From Candidatus Peribacteria bacterium (GTDB taxonomy: Bacteria; Patescibacteriota; Gracilibacteria; UBA1369; LOWO2-01-FULL-3): DNA of 64,000 nucleotides. Shown piece after piece: positions 35,223-44,144 of this stretch. Both the position numbers and the translations under genes were made by a program. Numbering within the stretch: the stretch's first letter is position 1; the number at the start of each line of letters is the position of its first letter. Below the pieces are notes generated by a model. The model was not told where the DNA came from. It was given only the letters and a program-made list of their open reading frames with translations, and made no database searches. The stretch is from NCBI GenBank assembly GCA_943358175.1, contig CALRGV010000006.1, positions 2,607 to 66,606 on the forward strand, in the 5' to 3' direction.

Positions 35223-37778
35223 ATGGCTGAAAATGCATTACAAGAAGACTTAGACCTAAGTCCTCAAGAAAAACAGCAAGATAAAAATAATCAGAATGGA
35301 CCTGATGGCCTTAGCGATAAAAAACTCTCGGATAATGAGATTAAAGATTTGAAAGATGGGAAAACCAGCATCCCTAAACTGGTTGCCGAACGTATGCGCC
35401 TGAAAACAGCTGCCGAAGCCGAGATGAAGGAATTAGCCAAAGGAACAAACACCAAAGCTCCGGTTCTAGATCTAAGAGAATACCGCGATCTCCAAGCAGA
35501 GCTAAACACCACCGACAGCCCAGAGGAAACTCAAAAAATCCTGGATAAAATTCGTGATCTTCCAAAAAGAAAAGAAGCCCAAGCTGAAGAAGATAAAAAC
35601 GACGCCCAGGAACTCCCCCCGAACGACCCAAAACTGAAAGAACTTCAAACTAAATTCAACAAGATTTGTGATGACAATCAGGAACTCATCGGTGAAGGAC
35701 AAATCGACGGCAACAAAGCTTGGTTTGCGGAAGAAATGAGGAAAACTCCCACTCCCGCCCACCTCAAAGATCTGATCAAAAGAATGGAAGGTAAAGATAT
35801 TGAAGATAAAAACGGTCTCGCTCCTCGTCGTAAAGAATATGCAAAACTCACCGATTTGTTCAAAAAATACGGCCTGGACAGCCCCCAAGATTCCGCCTAC
35901 ATCAAAAAAGAAGGTCTCAGCGAACGTCAAAATTTCCGCAAACAAATTGAAGCCCTCGAAGATCATTTCTCAAAAATGAAAGATACCGGCTTCTATTCTC
36001 CGGAAAAAATAAAAGAGATGATGAAGGAAAACCTCAAAGCTGAAAATCCTGAAAAAATCACCGATAATATAAAAGCGGCCGGAGAAATCGCCCGCAAAGA
36101 AGCTGAAGGATTCACCCATTTGAACGAACAAGTTACCGTAGGAGGAGTCACTATTCACAAAATGAGTGAAGCCTCAAAAAAACAATATCTCGATTACTAC
36201 CGAGAATTAAACCTCAAAGATCGTAAAGAAAAAGGAGTGGACCAATGGCAAGCCATGGTCGACAACGAAGGAGCCCTAGCCAAACATTCAGATAAATTTT
36301 CCAATGTATATGCCGATCACGGTGTCCAAGCTCTCGATCAAATTTACAAAGATAATCCTGACGCCCTCCGTCTAGCCGTTCAGGGCTTCGAGACATTGGA
36401 TTTCATGCAAAAAGTAGATGCTTTAAAAAAGCACGCTGTCCTGGTAAAGGTCGCTAAAAACAAGGAAGAATTAGAACAAAATCTCACTTTCCAAGCAATT
36501 GGTGCTCATCTCGATAAAGCCACCGGCGATAAAAATATTTCCGGAAAAACTCGCGATAGATATCTCCAATTTTTCAAAGATCCAAACAACTTCAGAAATC
36601 CGGACACCAAAACGCCAGGAGATATGAAGGAGTTCAAAAAAGCTTACAGTGTTTTGATCAGCCCTACCCCGGACGAGAAACATAAAAATCTTGCAGCCTA
36701 TGAAGAACGTCGCAAAGAATTCGTCAAAGAATTAAAAAAATTGCAGGAAATTAATCCGGCAATTTCAGCTGAAGATATCAAAAAATGGCAGGACAAATAC
36801 GACGCTGAAGGCTGGACAAAACGTGAACAAATCCACAATCAAGAGTTGAAACCGAAAATGTCCAAAGAAAATGAAGATCGTAAAAAACGTATTGGTATCG
36901 AAGAAAAAGCCGGCATGAAAAAAGAGGACAAAGAAAAGAGCAAAGAAAGCGTAGCCGGACTCGCCGAAACAATCACAGCCGTCACCGAACTTATGGCCAA
37001 CGATCAAGGCGCCGAAGCCATGAAAAAACTGCTTGAATTCAATGAGACCCAACCGGACAATCCAAAAATTATTTTCTGGATGCAAACCGTTGCCAACTAC
37101 ATGAAAGAATTTGGCAGTGGCAAAAAACGTGAAGCAACAATTGATAAAGAACTCGAACAAGAAATGGAAAAAGTAGCCACCACCGATAAAGGCACTCAGG
37201 ACGAACTCCTGGAACAACAACTCAAAACCCTCAACATGGAAGGTGTAAAACAAAGTGAACAACGCCACAATCAGACTATTTCCGGCCAAGAAAGAGCCCG
37301 TAAAGAATCTATGGGCCGTGTACAAGAAGGCTCAGTGGAAGCCGAACTTACAACTGATGCCTACAAACAATTAGGCAAAGACTTCCAAATTAACAAAGAA
37401 GGAAAAGCTCAGAAAATCGAAGAAATTCAATTCAAAGATGGCAACATCAAAATGCAGGAACAAGATCGTTTCCGTATGAAACGCGAAACCTTCAAAGAAC
37501 AAACAAAACTTGATAAAAAAGAAGGTATGTTTACCGCCATGAAAGACAAACAGGGCAACGTCATTGATCACAAAGTTGCTGCAGCTCTACAACAAGCGGA
37601 ATTGGAAAAACTTGAAAAAGAAATGGCCGAAAGAGCTCAGAAAAAAGTGGAAAGCCGTGTTACTTCAAATGACACTCAAGGCGCCAAGATTTTTGATCTA
37701 AACACTAGAATAGCAGCTCGACGTAAAGCAAAAGAGCTTATCGACGAACAACGTCATGAAAAACTGAAAGCTGCATAA
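35223..37778 (+). CDS. Large (851 aa) highly charged Lys/Glu-rich orphan protein
   Basis: Uninterrupted ATG ORF. No signal peptide, TM helix or recognisable motif. The antisense ORFs on the track are shadows. Confidence 0.6.
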   Translation: MAENALQEDLDLSPQEKQQDKNNQNGPDGLSDKKLSDNEIKDLKDGKTSIPKLVAERMRLKTAAEAEMKELAKGTNTKAPVLDLREYRDLQAELNTTDSPEETQKILDKIRDLPKRKEAQAEEDKNDAQELPPNDPKLKELQTKFNKICDDNQELIGEGQIDGNKAWFAEEMRKTPTPAHLKDLIKRMEGKDIEDKNGLAPRRKEYAKLTDLFKKYGLDSPQDSAYIKKEGLSERQNFRKQIEALEDHFSKMKDTGFYSPEKIKEMMKENLKAENPEKITDNIKAAGEIARKEAEGFTHLNEQVTVGGVTIHKMSEASKKQYLDYYRELNLKDRKEKGVDQWQAMVDNEGALAKHSDKFSNVYADHGVQALDQIYKDNPDALRLAVQGFETLDFMQKVDALKKHAVLVKVAKNKEELEQNLTFQAIGAHLDKATGDKNISGKTRDRYLQFFKDPNNFRNPDTKTPGDMKEFKKAYSVLISPTPDEKHKNLAAYEERRKEFVKELKKLQEINPAISAEDIKKWQDKYDAEGWTKREQIHNQELKPKMSKENEDRKKRIGIEEKAGMKKEDKEKSKESVAGLAETITAVTELMANDQGAEAMKKLLEFNETQPDNPKIIFWMQTVANYMKEFGSGKKREATIDKELEQEMEKVATTDKGTQDELLEQQLKTLNMEGVKQSEQRHNQTISGQERARKESMGRVQEGSVEAELTTDAYKQLGKDFQINKEGKAQKIEEIQFKDGNIKMQEQDRFRMKRETFKEQTKLDKKEGMFTAMKDKQGNVIDHKVAAALQQAELEKLEKEMAERAQKKVESRVTSNDTQGAKIFDLNTRIAARRKAKELIDEQRHEKLKAA

Positions 37779-37811
37779 TTTTACTCGGAATTTTGCACAG
37801 CATTAAACTTG

Positions 37812-37820
37812 TGATAAAAT
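37812..37820 (+). promoter_or_regulatory. Extended -10 element (TGaTAAAAT), 7 nt upstream of ATG 37828
   Basis: TG 37812-37813 and TAAAAT 37815-37820. Confidence 0.35.
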
Positions 37821-37827
37821 ACTCACA

Positions 37828-38355
37828 ATGTTTGTAAGTCTTTTTCTACTACTTTTGGTTCTGGCAATCACAGTCTTCCTGACGATCTCTTTCTATGTAA
37901 CCATTTTTGGCGGCGGCCCCTTCGTCCCTACTCCTATGCCGGCCGTCCATAAAGTGCTTAAAGTTGCGGGCATAAAAAAAGGCCAAAAAGTTTACGATAT
38001 CGGAGCCGGAGATGGCCGATTCATCCACTTTGCGGCAAAAGACTACGGAGCCAATGCCACCGGTTATGAAATGGATCCTTCTGTTTATTTCATCGCCAAA
38101 ATGCGTCAATGGTTTTGGGGCTGGAAAGGCAAAATTATCCGTTCCAATTTTCAACGCTACAGCTTGAAAAATGCCGACGTGGTCATTTGCTACATGATGC
38201 CAAACACGCTCGCAAAATTTCAAAAACAATTTGATAAAGAATTAAAAAAAGGCGCCAAGGTAGTTTCCTACGCCTTCCACATTGGCTCCTGGAAGCCAAA
38301 AAAACTTATTCCAAAAGAAGGCAAAATTTCCCAAATATTTATTTATCAAAAATAG
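37828..38355 (+). CDS. Small membrane-anchored class I SAM-dependent methyltransferase
   Basis: N-terminal TM helix; VYDIGAGDGRF (motif I); DVVICYMMP. Confidence 0.7.
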   Translation: MFVSLFLLLLVLAITVFLTISFYVTIFGGGPFVPTPMPAVHKVLKVAGIKKGQKVYDIGAGDGRFIHFAAKDYGANATGYEMDPSVYFIAKMRQWFWGWKGKIIRSNFQRYSLKNADVVICYMMPNTLAKFQKQFDKELKKGAKVVSYAFHIGSWKPKKLIPKEGKISQIFIYQK

Positions 38356-38424
38356 CGTAGCTATTTTGCTGAGCTCATTCTAAGCGCGAAGCCAACATTT
38401 GCAAAGCAAATAACCATTAAAACA

Positions 38425-38871
38425 ATGTCCCTGAAAGAAACCCTCCAAAAAGACCTCATAGAAGCAATGAAAGCCCGAAACGAAGCTGGTACCGGAGCTA
38501 TTCGCATGCTCAAAACAGCGATCATGAAATTTGAAACCGCCGGCGAAAAAAAAGTAGCCACCGACGAGGACATTCTTCAATTGATAAATAAAGAAATCAA
38601 ACAACGCAAAGATTCCATCGAACAATTTGAAAAAGGTAATCGTCCCGAACTCGCCGCAATAGAAAAAGGAGAACTCGCCTTCCTTCAAAAATACATGCCG
38701 GAACAAATGGGCGAAGATGAAATCAAAGCAATCATAAAGGAAGGCATAGCGACAACTGGCGCTTCTTCCAAGGCCGACATGGGCAAAGTAATGGGCGTAA
38801 TTATGCCTAAAGTAAAAGGCAAAGCCGACGGCGGATTGGTGAATAGATTAGTTCAAGAGATGTTAGCCTAG
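38425..38871 (+). CDS. yqeY: GatB/YqeY-domain protein
   Basis: MSLKETLQKDLIEAMKARNE...KQRKDSIEQFEKGNRPELAAIE...KADMGKVMGVIMPKVKGKADG is the typical full-length YqeY pattern. Confidence 0.85.
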   Translation: MSLKETLQKDLIEAMKARNEAGTGAIRMLKTAIMKFETAGEKKVATDEDILQLINKEIKQRKDSIEQFEKGNRPELAAIEKGELAFLQKYMPEQMGEDEIKAIIKEGIATTGASSKADMGKVMGVIMPKVKGKADGGLVNRLVQEMLA

Positions 38872-39810
38872 AGCGATCTGAGCTCCCCTGGCATCTCTGG
38901 ATATCTCCACTGAATTCACGATATTTTCAATGTCATGCGGGTCAAATCCGCAACATCCACCGATTACTTTAATGCTACTATTTCTAATAGCCATGCTGAC
39001 TAATTGGGCTGGTCTTGTATGATGATCAGGCACCGTCACCGCACCTTCAACTTCCTCCAAACTCCTTGGATCACCATCCGACGCATTTGGGTAAACCATC
39101 AATAGACGATCTCTTTTTCCATTAGCTGTACCAATAGCAGCCTCCGCTCCTTTCACCGGACAACAATTTACAGAATAACCCAAAGCATAATTATTCGTCG
39201 CGGCATCAATTTGCCTCAATACATCAACCAAAGGCTCACCACCAAATAATTTAGCATCCTTATCAATCACAAAACTTGGAATGACAGGCAAACCCAATTT
39301 TTTTGCAGCCAATACAATACCTAAAGCTTCACGACCGGTGCAAATTGTTTCAAAAACTACAGCATCCAATCCTACCTCTTTCCATAAATCCCTTACCACA
39401 CCCAATTGTTCTAAATGAAAATCTCTAGCATCATAAGAATCATTGGGAGCTGCGCTTGGATCATAGCAATCACCATATGGCCCAAAAGCAGCCACTAGGT
39501 TTTTAGCCGTGTGACCACTCAAAGCTTCCCTCACCACAGCTATTTGCGCCTCAACCACCTCCCTATATAATCCGGGATTATCCTCTCTCAAAAGCCTTCT
39601 GGCACCAAAAGTATTCGTAGCAATCACCCCTGCTCCAGCCTCTACATAGGCCCTTGCCACAGCCAAAGTCTGCGTTCTATAATGACCACCTTCAACTATT
39701 CTTGTTGAATCATGCAAATCCAATACCCCCAATTCTTTTTCTCTTGATCGAAGAACAGAACCATACGGCCCTGATAAAACTTTAGTTCCTCCTTCCAATA
39801 ATCTACTCAT
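38863..39810 (-). CDS. Homocysteine S-methyltransferase family protein
   Basis: S-methyl_trans pattern: TNTFGA, VNCCP, IGGCCGFDPHDI (zinc-binding Cys residues). Its 3-prime end overlaps yqeY by 9 nt. Confidence 0.8.
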   Translation of the reverse strand: MSRLLEGGTKVLSGPYGSVLRSREKELGVLDLHDSTRIVEGGHYRTQTLAVARAYVEAGAGVIATNTFGARRLLREDNPGLYREVVEAQIAVVREALSGHTAKNLVAAFGPYGDCYDPSAAPNDSYDARDFHLEQLGVVRDLWKEVGLDAVVFETICTGREALGIVLAAKKLGLPVIPSFVIDKDAKLFGGEPLVDVLRQIDAATNNYALGYSVNCCPVKGAEAAIGTANGKRDRLLMVYPNASDGDPRSLEEVEGAVTVPDHHTRPAQLVSMAIRNSSIKVIGGCCGFDPHDIENIVNSVEISRDARGAQIALG

Positions 39811-39829
39811 ATTTTTTTAATTAGATAAT

Positions 39830-39858
39830 AAAAAAAACTCCCAGCCCTGACGGGGAGT
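39830..39858 (-). terminator. Hairpin plus U8 immediately upstream of the homocysteine methyltransferase start (attenuator terminator)
   Basis: Minus strand: ACUCCC-CGUCAGGGCU-GGGAGU followed by UUUUUUUU, then 19 nt to the ATG at 39810. Confidence 0.5.
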
Positions 39859-39884
39859 AAGTGTTTCAGTTTAGAATTTTTCAT

Positions 39885-39941
39885 CTACATAGACCACATC
39901 AATCCCCGCATGGAAAGCATCATTTGCATCTGCATCATCAT
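39885..39941 (-). CDS. Met-rich leader peptide MMMQMQMMLSMRGLMWSM (18 codons, 9 Met)
   Basis: Minus strand: ATG ATG ATG CAG ATG CAA ATG ATG CTT TCC ATG CGG GGA TTG ATG TGG TCT ATG TAG. Lies between a promoter-like element and the terminator hairpin. Confidence 0.5.
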   Translation of the reverse strand: MMMQMQMMLSMRGLMWSM

Positions 39942-39975
39942 TGCTAATTGTGGGCGACTTGTATTCATCGACTAA

Positions 39976-40004
39976 ATCCTAATATTTTACACTCAATAAG
40001 TCAA
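39976..40004 (-). promoter_or_regulatory. Candidate promoter of the leader/methyltransferase unit
   Basis: Minus strand: TTGACT (40004-39999), N17, TAGGAT (39981-39976). Confidence 0.35.
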
Positions 40005-40014
40005 ATGCTCATTG

Positions 40015-41505
40015 CTACAAATTTTTTATAATCCATCTCGCAACAAAATAATAATAAATAACCGCCAACCACCAATTAAACCAATCAATACCGATTGAAG
40101 CTAAAGGCAACATTGCAAAAAAACGCACCAAAAAAATCATTAAACCCATAATTAGATAGGCCACAAACCCAGAAATCAAACTCAAAAAATTGGAAAAATA
40201 TCCAAAAATTATTGCAAAAAATCCAAAAAGCATTGCCGCAGGAAGAAAAGGCAAAACAAAAATATTTGCCAAGGGCGCAACTAAACTCAAGCGTTCAAAA
40301 TTCAGTAAAATAATCGGCAAAGCCAGTACCTGAGCCGAAATTGTCATCGTCATGGATTCTCTAATACCAAAAAATTGCGGCAACTTAACAAAATATTTTT
40401 CAATCAAAGGAGAAACATAAACAAGTCCACAAGTTGCCAAGAACGAAAGCTGAAAACCCACATCATTCAACAAAATTAAAGGGTTGAAAAGATTCATAAA
40501 AAAGGCGGCGGCAAAAAGACTAATACTCACGAAATACGTCCTCCCAAACCAAAGCGCCAAAAGCCCCACCACTCCCATAATTGCCGCCCTCACCACCGAA
40601 GCTCCAGCCCCAACCAAAATCACAAAAATCACAATCATAGCCACCGAAGCTATGACTTTTTTTCTTCTTCCCAGAAACCCAAACATCCCACTGACCACCA
40701 CAATTAACATTGTAATATTATATCCGGAAACCGCCACAATATGACTCAATCCGGTAGTATTAAATTTAGCGGTGAGCTCGTCGCTAATCCCCCTCCGACT
40801 ACCCAAAATAAGTCCGGCCATAAAACCAGTGTAAGGTTCTGCGAAAATCTTTGAAATTCTCAACTCGAAATCTCCTTTGAAGCGAAATACCAAGTTCAGT
40901 AAACTGGATTTTGTATAATTCAACTTTTCTATCTTCGCCCTATAAATCACTGCGTAAATTCTATATCTTCTTAAATATTCTCCATAGTCAAAATCCTCTA
41001 TTACATCGGGTTTAATCAACTCTCCTTCAATCAAAAGACAATCTCCGTATTCATAAACTGGATAGCGATTTCCCATTACCAAAACCCTTCCGCTTACTGC
41101 AAAATTTCGCATCTCAAAAGCCTCAACCGTATATTTAACCTTGTCATTTCTGACATCCACCTCCTCGGAAATACAACCTTTCAAGTTGCCCTTCCCCAAA
41201 TATTTACTAACATCATTCTCCGCAATTAAATTCTCAAAACAAAGTCTCCCCACCCCAAACAAAAATCCCAAAGAAATCAATAAAAAGATTCTCCAATTAA
41301 GTTTCAAAAACTGTTTAGCTAGAAACACCATTAGCCCCAAAAGAAAAATTAGCTTTGCCAAATCACCGGAAGAATATAAATCCCCAAAAAAAATACCCGC
41401 CAAAAAAGCCACAAAAAATAAAATCAAAAACAAAGATTTTGGCAGCGCATAGTAGTTAATCTGCTCTTTCACCCGTCCCCTTATATAAGCAATAATTTCT
41501 TTCAT
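40015..41505 (-). CDS. comEC: ComEC/Rec2 DNA-uptake channel protein (no metallo-beta-lactamase domain)
   Basis: Polytopic protein with an N-terminal OB-like soluble insert and a competence-domain pattern (TGLSHIVAVSGYNITM). ATG 41505 is preferred over the TTG at 41511. Confidence 0.82.
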   Translation of the reverse strand: MKEIIAYIRGRVKEQINYYALPKSLFLILFFVAFLAGIFFGDLYSSGDLAKLIFLLGLMVFLAKQFLKLNWRIFLLISLGFLFGVGRLCFENLIAENDVSKYLGKGNLKGCISEEVDVRNDKVKYTVEAFEMRNFAVSGRVLVMGNRYPVYEYGDCLLIEGELIKPDVIEDFDYGEYLRRYRIYAVIYRAKIEKLNYTKSSLLNLVFRFKGDFELRISKIFAEPYTGFMAGLILGSRRGISDELTAKFNTTGLSHIVAVSGYNITMLIVVVSGMFGFLGRRKKVIASVAMIVIFVILVGAGASVVRAAIMGVVGLLALWFGRTYFVSISLFAAAFFMNLFNPLILLNDVGFQLSFLATCGLVYVSPLIEKYFVKLPQFFGIRESMTMTISAQVLALPIILLNFERLSLVAPLANIFVLPFLPAAMLFGFFAIIFGYFSNFLSLISGFVAYLIMGLMIFLVRFFAMLPLASIGIDWFNWWLAVIYYYFVARWIIKNL

Positions 41506-41630
41506 ACTCAAACCATATCAACCAAAGTTAAAATAAAGTTAAAATTTTTATAAATTCGTAAAAAAATCCAGCAACATCACTAGCGATTTAGCGTATATGT
41601 CTATTGATAAAAGAGCTTAACGGTCCTAAT

Positions 41631-44132
41631 ATGAAAAAAATGAAAATACAAATCTTTAAAAAGTCATTCACGAAAGTTTTATTACTGGCAATTATCCTGA
41701 ATCTGACGAGCATTACAGCCTCCGCCAGCGGATTTTCCGACGTTTCCGACACAACTCCAAACAACGAAGCAATCCTTTACCTTCAAGATCACGAAATCGT
41801 AAAAGGCTATGACGATGGAACTTTCAAACCTGAAAAAAACGTAAATCGCGCTGAATTATTAAAGATAATTATAGAAGGCTCTAAAATACAATTGGACGTC
41901 ACGGATTTCACTCCATTCAGCGACATCGACGATGCGGAATGGTATGCGCCCTATGTCAAAAAAGCTTACTCCTCAGGTTGGATCAACGGCTACAACGACG
42001 GCACCTTCAAGCCAAACCAAACAATTACCAAGGTCGAAGCCTTAAAAATCATTGGCGAAGCCCAAAATTGGCAACTACCAACAACCGAATCGACAGACCC
42101 ATGGTATGAATCTTACCTGCGCTACGCTGAAACCAATAATTACCTGGAAGACCAGGACTTCTCCCCTACAAATTTAATGACTCGCGGCAGTATCAGCGAA
42201 ATCATTTACCGCACAATACCAAAGACCAAAACCAAGACCGGCTCCAAAACAAAAATCGACTCAAAAAATAAAACCTCAACAGACACAAATACCGACACCA
42301 AAACTCTCAAGGCAATTATCGAAGATAAGGCAATCGATTCCCCGGACATTCCCACTAATTCTACGGATTTTAGTTACATCCAAACCGACTTTTTCGAGAA
42401 TATTACGCTCAGCGAAAAACTACCAAACACCTTTTACAAAAACGAGGTTTACATTATCGAAGGTGATGTTATCGGAGAAAATTACAAAACAGCCACCGTA
42501 ATAGTGAATGACGAAGACAAGAGCACCCATAAATATTTTAAGGGAACGATAACAAACAAGCATTTCAAAATTCCGATCTTTTTTAGAAAGTCGGGAGACT
42601 ATTCCATTGGACTCATTCCTGGAGAAAGCGGGAAAAGTCATGCCTCCATTATTCACGTAAACACCAATCTGCCGGAAACTTCCGCCAATTCGACAGCTCC
42701 CAACAACCTGGAAAACGTCATTCTTTCTTACGCCAAAGATAAAACTTCCATCACCTTCAACAACAGTGAGAACACTCTAAAAAAATTCACCTTCATCCAG
42801 AAAGATAAAACTGTCACCTACCTTTCCCGCCAAAATATCAACAGCATTGAGCTCAATTACAGCGATTTTGAAAATTTCTCAGATGGGGAAGTATCGTACA
42901 ACACCTCGGCAGCAAGACTTGGATCTCAATCACCATTGCTAGTCACGTCACCATTTTCTCAAAGCACGAACAAATCATTCAACGCCGTAGAACACAGCTT
43001 TGACGAAATTAATTCCGACGAAGTGGAAGTCGCAATTCCGGACACTCTCAGCAGCACAGAAAATTTCAGTTTCAACGGCATCACTAAAACCGACATTAAA
43101 CTCCAAGCCCTGGTTATGACTCCCGACGGCAAAGTAGACCAGCTAGACCTGACTACGACCGGCGAAATCGACACTTACTTCAACAAAAAAATCATCAAAA
43201 AAGGTAGCCCTTTTACTTTCAATTACACCCCAAAAACAAAAGGACGCTATATCATAGAAATAAACAATAAAAACAGTGAACCTTCAATCAATCACCCTAT
43301 TTACGTCGGAGACATCATTCCTATAATTCCGGATTTTTTCGACCTTACTCAAAGAGAATCCTACAAAGACAATTTTGATCTCAGTAATGAAAGAACAAAA
43401 CTTCTAAATCTTATTAACCAAAGCCGCACAAGCCACGGACTGGAGGCTATCGTAATGGATGACAAACTAAACATTCTGGCTCAAGAGCATTCTGACGACA
43501 TGAAGACAAATAATTATTTCAGTCATTATAATCTGAGCAGCAAGACTCCGGAAGATCGTCGCATTGCCCTGGGAATCAACACTTCAGTTGGTGAAAATAT
43601 TGCCAAAGATGTTTCAGTCAAATTTGCTCATTTTGGACTGATGCGCAGCGCTTCACATTACGAAAATATTCTCACGGCCGATTGGAAAAAAGTTGGACTG
43701 GGTATCAGCCTGGACAAAGGAGGATTGATAATTACTGAAGAATTTTCTATTAATCCGCTAACAACGGAAGATTTTACAAAATTCAAAACAGATCTTTTAA
43801 AAAGTATCAACGACTTAAGGCAAAGCAAAAATTTAAATACCATGATTGAAACGGAATCCCTCAATAAAAGCTCCGCGCAAGTAAATAACGAAAACGTAAA
43901 TGCTAAAACTCTCACCGCCCAAACCCTTAGTAAAGCTCTTGATGATAACGGCTTCAACGGTAGCGCCCAACTCATTGGACGTGTCGGCAATCCCTGGGGC
44001 TATCTGATCAAATCCATTCTCGCTGATGAAGAGTCACTCCTTATCCAAACCTGGCAAAATATTGGCGCAAATATTCAGACTGACAAAAACGGAAAAATCT
44101 ATACAATTGTAATCGTAGGGAAAGACACCTAA
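41631..44132 (+). CDS. Secreted SLH-domain protein with C-terminal CAP/SCP (YkwD-like) domain
   Basis: Signal peptide after ATG 41631; SLH repeats (GYDDGTFKPEKNVNRAELLKI); C-terminal LINQSRTSHGL...YFSHYN...GENIA...HYENIL...VGLGI. Confidence 0.7.
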   Translation: MKKMKIQIFKKSFTKVLLLAIILNLTSITASASGFSDVSDTTPNNEAILYLQDHEIVKGYDDGTFKPEKNVNRAELLKIIIEGSKIQLDVTDFTPFSDIDDAEWYAPYVKKAYSSGWINGYNDGTFKPNQTITKVEALKIIGEAQNWQLPTTESTDPWYESYLRYAETNNYLEDQDFSPTNLMTRGSISEIIYRTIPKTKTKTGSKTKIDSKNKTSTDTNTDTKTLKAIIEDKAIDSPDIPTNSTDFSYIQTDFFENITLSEKLPNTFYKNEVYIIEGDVIGENYKTATVIVNDEDKSTHKYFKGTITNKHFKIPIFFRKSGDYSIGLIPGESGKSHASIIHVNTNLPETSANSTAPNNLENVILSYAKDKTSITFNNSENTLKKFTFIQKDKTVTYLSRQNINSIELNYSDFENFSDGEVSYNTSAARLGSQSPLLVTSPFSQSTNKSFNAVEHSFDEINSDEVEVAIPDTLSSTENFSFNGITKTDIKLQALVMTPDGKVDQLDLTTTGEIDTYFNKKIIKKGSPFTFNYTPKTKGRYIIEINNKNSEPSINHPIYVGDIIPIIPDFFDLTQRESYKDNFDLSNERTKLLNLINQSRTSHGLEAIVMDDKLNILAQEHSDDMKTNNYFSHYNLSSKTPEDRRIALGINTSVGENIAKDVSVKFAHFGLMRSASHYENILTADWKKVGLGISLDKGGLIITEEFSINPLTTEDFTKFKTDLLKSINDLRQSKNLNTMIETESLNKSSAQVNNENVNAKTLTAQTLSKALDDNGFNGSAQLIGRVGNPWGYLIKSILADEESLLIQTWQNIGANIQTDKNGKIYTIVIVGKDT

Positions 44133-44144
44133 TAACTCGTTCAA

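Noticed and set aside
39861-39950. On the + strand the Met-leader region reads as a His-rich mini-ORF: GTG..FQFRIFHLHRPHQSPHGKHHLHLHHHC, with CAT being the complement of ATG.
   Set aside because: It needs a GTG start. No + strand gene lies downstream, only the 3-prime end of comEC on the other strand. The hairpin's U-run is on the minus-strand transcript. The minus-strand Met reading fits the promoter, the terminator and a methionine-pathway gene.
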